Source: a virus
Length of the DNA: 64,000 bases
Virus record (IMG/VR): IMGVR_UViG_3300033489_000007
Location: 1,342 to 65,341 of that record
Strand: one strand, 5' to 3'
This document shows positions 10,237 to 18,653 of this stretch, one piece after another. Each line of letters begins with the position of its first letter. The stretch's first letter is position 1. The notes beneath the pieces were generated by a model that worked only from the letters and a program-made list of their open reading frames with translations, was not told where the DNA came from and made no database searches. The translations under genes were made by a program, and so were the position numbers.

Positions 10237-13200
10237 ATGCCGTATGATGACACTGATTTAGAGACAGTCGACGATTTGGGCTATGACGAGCCGCCCGCAT
10301 CGGCGCTTGACGCCGTGTTGGCGTCAGCTCGGACCACCACGCCTGAAGCTAAGCGCTATGCCCAACAAATTCTAGACGCGGGTCTCGCGGCTAAGGACAC
10401 CACTACCCCTGTGGTTATTACTGGGATGGAGGACTCAGCTGAGGCCACTCGCAAAGCGTTACAAGAAGCACGCGCCCGACTGGTAGCGCACCGCATGAAC
10501 CCCGGCGGCCGTTGGTTGTCTATGGCGGCGGGTTTCGGTAAGCCCGCCAACACTATTGGTCAAACGATGGGTAACGTCGCCAGTAGCATGCTCGATTACA
10601 ATGCGACCACTGACAAAAATGTGGCGGGCCGCAACAAAGACTTGTTGGGGTTGGATACAGCCGAAATCGGTGCCGGTGCCCCTGTTCTTGACGCTAAGAT
10701 GAAAATGGAACAGCTCCGCCAAAAGAATCAAGCAGCTTTAATGGCTCAAGCACTGCGCACCATGGGAACCAGCACAGCGAGCACCACTACCGTTCCTAAA
10801 TCGTTGAGTGCCTATGGCAAGCAGGCGCAGGACGAGGGCCTTACGCCGGGTACGCCACAATTCGCTAATCGCGTACGTCAATTATACGGCACTGCTACTA
10901 AGCAAAGGAATGCAAGCGCCGGTATCGATGTGGAAGAGTTGGACACGCAGGAGCGTGTACGAATTGCCGCAGATTATGGCGTGCCGGTAGCGCCCGATTT
11001 AGGGGCAGGATTGTCTACTAAAGAGCGCGCCGCACGCCGTTCGATTGAATCCCGCCAAGCTCAAAAGAAGTTGGATGCGCTGGCTACCGACGCCGAGGCC
11101 GCGCAGACTGATATTACCGACGCCGATCGGTTTATGGTCCTCAATGAAGAGGAGCGGTCCGGACCGGCAGTTGGCATGTTGCCTGGGCTATCGGATGCAG
11201 CCCAGGAGATGGACAGTATTTCGTCACGCCTATCGCGTCAAATGCGCAATAAGGGCGAGGGTCAGACCTCCGACTATGATGCTAAACAATTCTTGAAGGC
11301 TACTTTTAGCCGCACAAAGAATTATGATGCTAACGATAATATTGCCACTGCCTTTAAGGTAAAAAAGCAGTTGGTGCTAGATAAACAATCGTATATGGAT
11401 GACTACTTTGCTGTTAATCCGAATGGTACGGCGTCACATGCCGAGTCGATGTGGCGTAGGTATTTGAACGATAACACCATCTTCGACAAGGCGTCACAGG
11501 GTAAGCTAAAATTAAACCCGGATCGTAAGTCGTATAAGGAATACTTCAGCGGCGCTGTTCCGGTTGAGCATAAAGCAGCTGGAGGTAAGGTGGGTTCGGC
11601 TGTGAAAGCTTTAAAGAGCCTGTCCAATACAGTTCAAGGAGCGGAGCCCGATGTCGAGGAGATGGTGAGGGGCACAAAACATATGGAGGGAGTGCCAACT
11701 TCAACCCGTGAGCGCCTCAATGCGTTGTACTACCAGATGAAGGAGGCGCAAGCAACTGGTCAAGACCCATCTGTGGCCCGCGAGGCGCTGCTCAACCATT
11801 TAGGTGAGTTGTATTTAACTAATAGCCCCTCGTTGAAATTGACTTCTCCGGAATTAGCCCCTCAACCGCCTCAAATTGATATGCGGTCACGACCGAGGAC
11901 TCTAGAGGAAATTGCCCGTTCGGTTGATGCCTTTGGGGTGCAGAAGAAAGCCGGGGGCGGTAAAGTTTCAGAGCCCTCCATACCTGAGGGTATGTTGTTG
12001 TCTGCTTTGCAGGGCGGTACGATGGGCTTGAGCGATGAAATGCTTGGCGCGGGTGATGCCGAGAGTCTTGCCCGCCAACGAGAGTTGTTGCGCCGGTTTA
12101 TGCAAAAGTATCCGATGCTGTCTGGCGCTTCGGCTACTGCCGGTACATTGCCGCTAGCTATGGTTCCCGGGGGCTCTGGCCTGACTGGCATGGCGGCCCG
12201 GGGCGCGGGTTTTGGGGCGGCTTCTGGCGTCGGCGGGGGTGAGGGTCCGGAGGATCGTCTGTATGCCGCCATGCAGTCGGGTGCATTGGGCACGGGTGCT
12301 GGGGTGCTGGGCGGTTTAGCTGCTAAATACGGGACGTCTGGCGCACTCTCTATGGCCGACCATGCGCGGGGTATGCCAACACTCACTAGTGCCGACCGGC
12401 GCATGGTCGGGGCTTTGCAGCGCGATAAAACTGATCCAGCCACAGTGTTGGGTGCCCTGCGTAGCGCACAGCGCCAAAAGGTTCCGTCAACTGTTTTTGA
12501 TGAAGCTGGTCCCAACACGCGGGCGTTGGCCAATGCTGCTATTGCCAAGGGCACCCCGCAGGGTGAACAGTTGTCCACCGATTTGGCCCAGCGCCAGATG
12601 GGTGCCCGGGGCCGCGTTAATGAGCGTATTAACCAATCCTTAAAGCCCAACGAATATTTCGACGAGTTGGATAAGTTGAAGGGCGATTTGTATACTAACG
12701 CCAAACCATTGTATGACGCTGCGTACAAGAACGCGCCCCCGGTGCCATTTAATACTGTCGGGCCGATCCTTGATAATGACTTTGGTCGCAAGGCCCTCAA
12801 AGACGCGGTTAAATTAATGAAGGCCGATCAAGTGCCGGTGTCGAAGGGCGCGGTAATGGGGGCCGGTAAGAAAGCCGGGGTGTCTTCGCTTAATTTGCAA
12901 ACACTAGACTACACCAAACGCGCTCTTGATGACATGATTAACGCTGAAGAGGCGACCGGTTCGACCAATAAAGGCCGCATCCTGCGTAAGATGCGCAATA
13001 ACTTAGTAGCTCAACTCGACGCCGTCAGTCCCGACTACGTTCAAGCCCGTCAGCAGTATGCCGGTGACCTTGAGATGGTGGACGCCTTGAAGTCGGGCCG
13101 CGAGGAATTCAGCCAGATGACGCCCGAAGAAGTGCGCCGTAAAGTGGCTAAGATGGGTTTCTCGGAGCGGGATGCGTATCGATCGGGGGTGGCCCAAAAC

Positions 13201-13764
13201 CTATATTCAATGCTTAATTCACCGTCGACCGACATCAACGCCGCGCGCCGCTTAGTCGGTTCTCCTGACATCACCGATAAGTTGCAAGCGGTGTTCGACA
13301 AGCCAGCAGAGTTTAAGGTGTTTAAGGCGGCACTTGACCGTGAGATGCAAAACTTTGAGCACACTAAACCGTTGCTTACTGAGGCGGCGCGGGCGCGCAA
13401 AACTACAGCGGCTGGGGGTACTTCGATCCTGGAGACCATGGACCCACATTTGCGTGAGGCCCCTGGCGTCGGGGCCTTATCATGGCTTACCCGTAGCTTG
13501 AACATTCTGCGCCATCAGTGGCCGATGACGGACGAGACCGCCGATAAGGTAGCTACGGTATTATCTAAGGGCGACCCTAAAGACGCCAGCGCCGCTTTGT
13601 CCAAGTTGGAAGACGCTGCCGTGCGGCTGTCCAAGCGCAAGAAATTATCCGGTAAAGCCGCTATGGTTGGTGCTGCGGCTGCCGGGGCACTTGCCCGTCC
13701 GACGCCATTACCGCACCCGGACGCTCTACCGGAGGAGCAGGAGGAAGCCGATGCCGTCCCGTAG
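10237..13764 (+). CDS. large internal virion / ejection-type protein (1175 aa)
   Basis: Very long Ala/Gly-rich alpha-helical ORF comparable in size to podovirus core/ejection proteins or a tape-measure protein. Contains AGGKV motifs. Confidence 0.5.
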   Translation: MPYDDTDLETVDDLGYDEPPASALDAVLASARTTTPEAKRYAQQILDAGLAAKDTTTPVVITGMEDSAEATRKALQEARARLVAHRMNPGGRWLSMAAGFGKPANTIGQTMGNVASSMLDYNATTDKNVAGRNKDLLGLDTAEIGAGAPVLDAKMKMEQLRQKNQAALMAQALRTMGTSTASTTTVPKSLSAYGKQAQDEGLTPGTPQFANRVRQLYGTATKQRNASAGIDVEELDTQERVRIAADYGVPVAPDLGAGLSTKERAARRSIESRQAQKKLDALATDAEAAQTDITDADRFMVLNEEERSGPAVGMLPGLSDAAQEMDSISSRLSRQMRNKGEGQTSDYDAKQFLKATFSRTKNYDANDNIATAFKVKKQLVLDKQSYMDDYFAVNPNGTASHAESMWRRYLNDNTIFDKASQGKLKLNPDRKSYKEYFSGAVPVEHKAAGGKVGSAVKALKSLSNTVQGAEPDVEEMVRGTKHMEGVPTSTRERLNALYYQMKEAQATGQDPSVAREALLNHLGELYLTNSPSLKLTSPELAPQPPQIDMRSRPRTLEEIARSVDAFGVQKKAGGGKVSEPSIPEGMLLSALQGGTMGLSDEMLGAGDAESLARQRELLRRFMQKYPMLSGASATAGTLPLAMVPGGSGLTGMAARGAGFGAASGVGGGEGPEDRLYAAMQSGALGTGAGVLGGLAAKYGTSGALSMADHARGMPTLTSADRRMVGALQRDKTDPATVLGALRSAQRQKVPSTVFDEAGPNTRALANAAIAKGTPQGEQLSTDLAQRQMGARGRVNERINQSLKPNEYFDELDKLKGDLYTNAKPLYDAAYKNAPPVPFNTVGPILDNDFGRKALKDAVKLMKADQVPVSKGAVMGAGKKAGVSSLNLQTLDYTKRALDDMINAEEATGSTNKGRILRKMRNNLVAQLDAVSPDYVQARQQYAGDLEMVDALKSGREEFSQMTPEEVRRKVAKMGFSERDAYRSGVAQNLYSMLNSPSTDINAARRLVGSPDITDKLQAVFDKPAEFKVFKAALDREMQNFEHTKPLLTEAARARKTTAAGGTSILETMDPHLREAPGVGALSWLTRSLNILRHQWPMTDETADKVATVLSKGDPKDASAALSKLEDAAVRLSKRKKLSGKAAMVGAAAAGALARPTPLPHPDALPEEQEEADAVP

Positions 13765-15184
13765 TGCTAAACAAGCCCGATTTATGGCTGCCTGCAGTCA
13801 CGGTGCTAAATATTCGTCGTGCCCGCCCTCTAAAGTGTCGCATGAGTTTAATCAAGCGGACAAGGGCACCGGGGTATTCAAGAAAGCCGATGGCGGCCTA
13901 GCTAAGTTGCGTACACGCTATCGCGGCTCTAAGCCCGCCACGCCCGAAGATGAACTCACGGTCAGTGAGGGTGCCCCCACGCCAAAGTTGAAGGCGCTCC
14001 GGGCCGCGGCGGGCACGCTGACCGGTAATGAGAAACACGAGTATTTGCCCAGGGCTCTGCGCTCACTAGTGACTCAATTCGCCACTCTTGGGCCGGATGG
14101 CCAACCGGCGTTACCCGGTATTCACGGTAAGTCGGTCGACCAACCCGGGTTGGTCGACTCGGCACTGTCGTTGCCCGAGTTGGGGCCACTCTTGGGGCAA
14201 TTATTGGTGGCCGCTGATCAAAAGTGGCCTTCGACCACGCCGCTCAAGAACCTTGACTTTGGGTTCGAAAAGCTCGCTAATTGGGACACACCGCAGTGGT
14301 CGAAGGACGCCGCCGAGCGATACAGTCGCCTAGACACCGCCACCCGCACGGGTATGGGCCTGTCCCGTCCCCGTGGCTTCGGGGAGCACGCCGCCGACTC
14401 GCTCGGTGTGATGGCGGGGCAGATACCGCTGATTGGCGGCGTACGCGAGGCGGGGACGGCGGCGAAGGGTGTCCGGAGGGTACTTGGTGCTGTCCCTGAG
14501 TATCTTGGGCCGACCATTACCCCTAGCGTGGGGGCATATTCATCTGGTACAATCGGCGGTGGTGCGCTAGGGGTACTTGGCGACCCGGATCAAGGCGCTG
14601 AATCGAACGTAACACATTGGTCCAAAGGTGGCTATATGAGCAAGACTCTAGGGCAATTACGTAATAAATATGCTGACGGCGGTAAAGTCGGTAAGTCAGC
14701 TGAGGCTGTCAAGGCAATCAAGAACGCCATGTCGCATCTTGCGAACCGCGACAACCAGTCAGCGGTGTCGGCCTTGCAGTCTAATAAAGAGGCGGCGTCC
14801 GACCCCAATGTTAAAGCGGCGATCGGCGACCTAATGAAAGCCAAGCAAAACTCGGCAGCTCAGCGCCTAAATAGGATATTAGAAAGTGACTCCAATGTTA
14901 ACGCTATGCCGATGCTGGCCAAGGGTGGCAAGGTGGGGGCGGTGACCGCTGGGACGCAAAAAATGATTGATAGCTTAAAGGCGCTGGGCCATTCCGACGA
15001 GGAGGCGTTAGTAATAGCTAAAGCAGCTAAAGCTAAAGACTCGGTTATGCGAAGCCGGGCCACCCGGCACCATGGGGTCGACGCGGACATCGATTCTGAT
15101 TTTAACGATGACTACCCCCCGTTTGATAAGGCCGATGGCGGCTCTGTTTCATTCGATGATTATGTTTCATCACTTTTAGGATAA
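13751..15184 (+). CDS. virion protein (477 aa) with repeated ADGG / KGGKV motifs
   Basis: ATG at 13751 overlaps the upstream stop (ATGCCGTCCCGTAG), suggesting translational coupling. Four ADGG/KGGKVG motifs. Confidence 0.45.
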   Translation: MPSRSAKQARFMAACSHGAKYSSCPPSKVSHEFNQADKGTGVFKKADGGLAKLRTRYRGSKPATPEDELTVSEGAPTPKLKALRAAAGTLTGNEKHEYLPRALRSLVTQFATLGPDGQPALPGIHGKSVDQPGLVDSALSLPELGPLLGQLLVAADQKWPSTTPLKNLDFGFEKLANWDTPQWSKDAAERYSRLDTATRTGMGLSRPRGFGEHAADSLGVMAGQIPLIGGVREAGTAAKGVRRVLGAVPEYLGPTITPSVGAYSSGTIGGGALGVLGDPDQGAESNVTHWSKGGYMSKTLGQLRNKYADGGKVGKSAEAVKAIKNAMSHLANRDNQSAVSALQSNKEAASDPNVKAAIGDLMKAKQNSAAQRLNRILESDSNVNAMPMLAKGGKVGAVTAGTQKMIDSLKALGHSDEEALVIAKAAKAKDSVMRSRATRHHGVDADIDSDFNDDYPPFDKADGGSVSFDDYVSSLLG

Positions 15185-15194
15185 ATGAGGTTTT

Positions 15195-15803
15195 ATGAAT
15201 AAGTTAATTGCAAGCGCGTTGGGGCTGTTGCTAGCCCTGCAGAACATTGCCGTAGGTCAGGCCGCGCCTACTCTCACTTTCACCGCTCAGACTACTACAG
15301 GCAACGGGTCGGTTGTCCCGATTCTAACGTGGTCAACCACTCCAGCTGCCACCTCATGTACCGCGTCGGGGGACACCACTTGGACCGGAACTAAAGCGGC
15401 ATCGGGCACCGCAACCCTATCAGCTGTTACCAGCAGTAAGACTTATAATCTTACCTGCACGTGGCCTGCCGACTCTTCAGCTGTTTTAACTTGGGTTCCT
15501 CCTACTCAAAATACCGATAATTCACCCTTCACTGACCCGAACGGGTACAACATCCACTACGGTACGTCAAGTACAGCGTTATCACAGACACTGAAAATCC
15601 CCAGTCCTACCACACTGACCACTACCATTAGCAATCTAGCAGTCGGCACGTGGTTCTTTTGTATCGGCACGGTTAATCTCAATAATGTTGAAGGACCTTG
15701 TTCAAACATCGCCAGTAAAGTTTTTGCCACCGGATCGGTGTCGCGTAGTGTCGGAATCACCGTCAACCCTGTGCCAGCGGCTGGCGTTTTGACCGTATCT
15801 TAA
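15195..15803 (+). CDS. secreted Ig/FN3-like beta-rich protein
   Basis: Signal peptide MNKLIASALGLLLALQNIAVGQA followed by a Thr/Ser-rich beta sequence with conserved W/C positions. Confidence 0.5.
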   Translation: MNKLIASALGLLLALQNIAVGQAAPTLTFTAQTTTGNGSVVPILTWSTTPAATSCTASGDTTWTGTKAASGTATLSAVTSSKTYNLTCTWPADSSAVLTWVPPTQNTDNSPFTDPNGYNIHYGTSSTALSQTLKIPSPTTLTTTISNLAVGTWFFCIGTVNLNNVEGPCSNIASKVFATGSVSRSVGITVNPVPAAGVLTVS

Positions 15804-16372
15804 TCCATCGGGTCCGGGCCGCCCAGCTCTGGGAACACCTCAACTATGTAGTTGACCGCCCGGACCCATTCTATTTGTGGATACCGCTTTTGCGTGGTAT
15901 CCAAGTGTTTCCATAGGCTCCGCTTGATTACGGCTTCCACGTCCTCACAGGCACCACCATATTTCTTAATGTAAGTTAGAGCTTCCATATGGTCCGCCAG
16001 CTTTACGATAGCCTGACCGGGGGTATTAACAACCGCGCGGTTGGTGTTAATAGCTTGGGGGTACACCAGTTGTAGTGACATACCCTCCAACTTATCTAGC
16101 AAGCCTGGGTTAATGCTTTCTATCATAGCCTTGGCGGGCGTCGGTATGTCGCCGGTTATTGTTTCAGCTAGGTCATGAGTTAGGGCGTACTCAAGCGTTA
16201 ATTGTTTCTCTGGCGAGTTGTGTGGTGTCGGATATAGAATGTCGTAAAGCACGCTAGTAATCAGCCATACGTTATAGCTGTGTTCCGCCACTGATTGCGT
16301 GCGGTTGACAGCGACTATAGACCAACGTGGTACACCGCCCACGCGTAGGCATTTGACTAGATCCGCTTTCAT
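15800..16372 (-). CDS. datZ: HD-domain dNTP phosphohydrolase, YfbR/DatZ-like
   Basis: RTQSVAEHSYNV and HDLAETITGDIPTP match the HD motifs of YfbR-type 5'-deoxynucleotidases. Start chosen at the ATG with ATGA overlap to the MazG-like gene. Confidence 0.65.
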   Translation of the reverse strand: MKADLVKCLRVGGVPRWSIVAVNRTQSVAEHSYNVWLITSVLYDILYPTPHNSPEKQLTLEYALTHDLAETITGDIPTPAKAMIESINPGLLDKLEGMSLQLVYPQAINTNRAVVNTPGQAIVKLADHMEALTYIKKYGGACEDVEAVIKRSLWKHLDTTQKRYPQIEWVRAVNYIVEVFPELGGPDPMD

Positions 16373-16725
16373 TCTTTCTGCTCCACTGGCGGGTGCTTGA
16401 TGGCTACGTGTTGATACACCCCAGCCACCGGGTCGAAGTTCCACATGCGCCGGTCGTTCACTTCCATTTTGTTAGCCAGTGCCGATGGTATGTCAACCCC
16501 CCACATCATCGCCAAGTCCATAAGTAGGATGAAAGTATCAGCCAGCTCCGGGCCAATGTCCTTGACACCTTTTTCCTTTTTATGTTGAATTAGCTCCGGT
16601 ATTTCCTCCATGACTAATTTAGTGAATGCGCCGTAGTCGGTGCGCTTCGGGAAAGTACGGTTGGCCCACGCGTGGATTTCCTGCTGGACTTCACGGATGT
16701 TGTTCCAATCGATATCTTGTCTCAT
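16369..16725 (-). CDS. mazZ: MazG-like nucleoside triphosphate pyrophosphohydrolase (MazZ-like)
   Basis: 118 aa all-alpha protein with EEIPEL ... ELADTFILLMDLAMMWGVD, the pattern of dimeric MazG/HisE pyrophosphatases. Confidence 0.65.
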   Translation of the reverse strand: MRQDIDWNNIREVQQEIHAWANRTFPKRTDYGAFTKLVMEEIPELIQHKKEKGVKDIGPELADTFILLMDLAMMWGVDIPSALANKMEVNDRRMWNFDPVAGVYQHVAIKHPPVEQKE

Positions 16726-16961
16726 TTAAGTACTCTCTTATCGTATTCCGATATTAATTTACTGGCGTTGGGGTGCTTCATCCATCTCAAAACTAGACGA
16801 TTTATAGCTGCGTCACAATTGCCACACAAGGGTCTATAGTTATTCCCGTCACTACATATCTGCCATTGGTATTTTGCGGGACGACCACACCGGATACATT
16901 TTAACTTGACTATCCCGATAGCAGTATAGGGAGTATTACGTTTAGTGTTCCAATCAGCCAT
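16722..16961 (-). CDS. zinc-ribbon protein (79 aa)
   Basis: CIRCGRPAKYQWQIC ... LCGNCDAAIN is a Cys4 arrangement. Confidence 0.4.
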   Translation of the reverse strand: MADWNTKRNTPYTAIGIVKLKCIRCGRPAKYQWQICSDGNNYRPLCGNCDAAINRLVLRWMKHPNASKLISEYDKRVLK

Positions 16962-16968
16962 CTTAACC

Positions 16969-18099
16969 TCAAAACGGCATTAAAATATCACCGTCGACAG
17001 GCGTCAAGGTCCCGTTTTCCATGTTGACGCCGCACACGTCGGACGTGTCCGGACCGAACGACAGCAGTCGAACATAGGCGTCGGTGGCTCCTTGCACTAT
17101 GTTCATTTGAGCTAACACGTATTCAGGAATTGGGTCGCCAATCTTCACGGTTTGGCCGGGCTCCAACAGGTAATCGCAAAAAGTCAAAGCCATAATTGTT
17201 GGGTTGTTGATGTAAGCCGATTCGTGCAGTTGTTCGCGGCTTAATGAAAACACACGCCGGGGCAGTTTTGTTACCGTGGTCAACTCCGGTTCGCGGCCCA
17301 AGTCTTTCTTCCAATCCAATTCCTCTTGGTCCTCGTAATAACCGCCCGACGTTCCTATCTGATTACCGTCGGCGTCGAAGCGGTTAGCAACGCGGATCGG
17401 GAAGGTGCGGCACACACCTATCACTGTCGTTGGTGTACTCCATGGCAGTCTGCAGTCGGCTAAAATTTGATTTACCGATACGTCGCGGGATGTGGTGTAT
17501 GGGTAGAAGCGCGAATGGATTGACAAGCTGGAGCCTTGTGCGCCCTCCACTAACATGTGTCGCGATGTTTTAACGGCATGGTTGTAGCTGTCCTCGTCGA
17601 TCATTATTTCAACGCCTAACCCAGACAGCGACATTAGCACGTCACGGTTAAGGTGGCCCACTATGTTGTTGCACCCCGGGTCTCGGTGCATTTTTTGAAT
17701 TACAGCCGCCGCGCTGCCCTTCATGGTGCTGCCTATTCGCACATACTTTTGTTCCTCCTCCGAATGATGCGGCAATAGCAACGCCGCGTTGGGGTGGATA
17801 ATAATATTTTTACCCTTCATAGCATCACCGGCAGCTACGATTTCATTAAGCAGGGCGTTGACGTTCAGTACGGAGCCCGGGCCGATCAAGATGGTGTGCA
17901 CTGAGGGGGCCACCGCCGATGACGCCAGCATGGTGTGCACATATTTCTTGTCACTGTCTCGGAAGGTGTGACCCGCGTTAGGTGCCCAGGCGGTCGCTGC
18001 GGTGTCAAACATGCCCGACTTAGAGGCCAGGGAACCAGCAATTTGGCCTTTACCGCAAGAACCCCATTGCATGTCAACAATAACTGTGCGCTCGGTCAT
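16969..18099 (-). CDS. purZ: adenylosuccinate synthetase homologue, PurZ-like (N6-succino-2-amino-2'-deoxyadenylate synthase)
   Basis: 376 aa. The N-terminal P-loop VIVDMQWGSCGKGQIAG matches PurA (QWGDEGKGK) but with Asp-Glu replaced by Ser-Cys. A PurA-like fold is recognisable throughout. Lies inside a DatZ/MazZ/DpoZ neighbourhood. Confidence 0.75.
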   Translation of the reverse strand: MTERTVIVDMQWGSCGKGQIAGSLASKSGMFDTAATAWAPNAGHTFRDSDKKYVHTMLASSAVAPSVHTILIGPGSVLNVNALLNEIVAAGDAMKGKNIIIHPNAALLLPHHSEEEQKYVRIGSTMKGSAAAVIQKMHRDPGCNNIVGHLNRDVLMSLSGLGVEIMIDEDSYNHAVKTSRHMLVEGAQGSSLSIHSRFYPYTTSRDVSVNQILADCRLPWSTPTTVIGVCRTFPIRVANRFDADGNQIGTSGGYYEDQEELDWKKDLGREPELTTVTKLPRRVFSLSREQLHESAYINNPTIMALTFCDYLLEPGQTVKIGDPIPEYVLAQMNIVQGATDAYVRLLSFGPDTSDVCGVNMENGTLTPVDGDILMPF

Positions 18100-18653
18100 A
18101 TAAATTCCTCTAATAATTTGTTGCCTTTAGCGGCGTTTTCTTTGAAACTAGTGATTCTCAAGTTGGTTTCTACATGCAACCCACACACTGAAATGCCTCT
18201 CAATGGTATTTCATGGTCTACTACTTTACCTTGTCTGCGGGCGTCTGCGTATATTTCGGCTATCTTGGACCGATCAGCCCATGGGGGTATTCTGGCTGTC
18301 ATTACTATCTCTCTTTCTCTGGCTGCGGTTATATATCTATCTCTAACTTTATTATAGTTATCTCTATGCCATTGGGCCCTAGCCTCATTTGATTTTTTGC
18401 GATATTCTGAGTTTTCTCTTAGTTTGATCATCCTTATCCTAGCCAAGTTCAGCATCTTATCGCGATAAGGGTGGCCTGCCGTGGCCCTCTTTAGGGCCTT
18501 CGACCGGTTAATCATGCCTTTATGGCACCACACACAGCTGCGCGTCTTGATATACCGCACACTATGGCCGCATTTAGGGCAAGGTTTACCTATTATTCGG
18601 GCCGAAGTCAAGTTGGGTTCACCCGGTTTTCGTATCATTTGCTTGCCGCCCAC
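18096..18653 (-). CDS. HNH homing endonuclease (paralogue of 7735..8325)
   Basis: PPWADRSKI ... VDHEIPLRGISVCGLHVETNL ... NAAKGN. Same architecture and motif order as the other HNH. Confidence 0.75.
   Translation of the reverse strand: MGGKQMIRKPGEPNLTSARIIGKPCPKCGHSVRYIKTRSCVWCHKGMINRSKALKRATAGHPYRDKMLNLARIRMIKLRENSEYRKKSNEARAQWHRDNYNKVRDRYITAAREREIVMTARIPPWADRSKIAEIYADARRQGKVVDHEIPLRGISVCGLHVETNLRITSFKENAAKGNKLLEEFI

Noticed and set aside
11871-12800. 309-aa antisense ORF inside the 1175-aa virion protein gene
   Set aside because: Arg/Pro/Ala-rich low-complexity translation, typical of GC-rich antisense frames. It lies entirely within a coupled sense gene.
13962-14517. Several 70–100-aa ORFs (13962..14189, 14088..14333, 14218..14517, 14281..14499) within the 477-aa virion gene
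   Set aside because: They overlap one another and the long sense ORF, with Arg/Pro-rich composition; high-GC frame noise.
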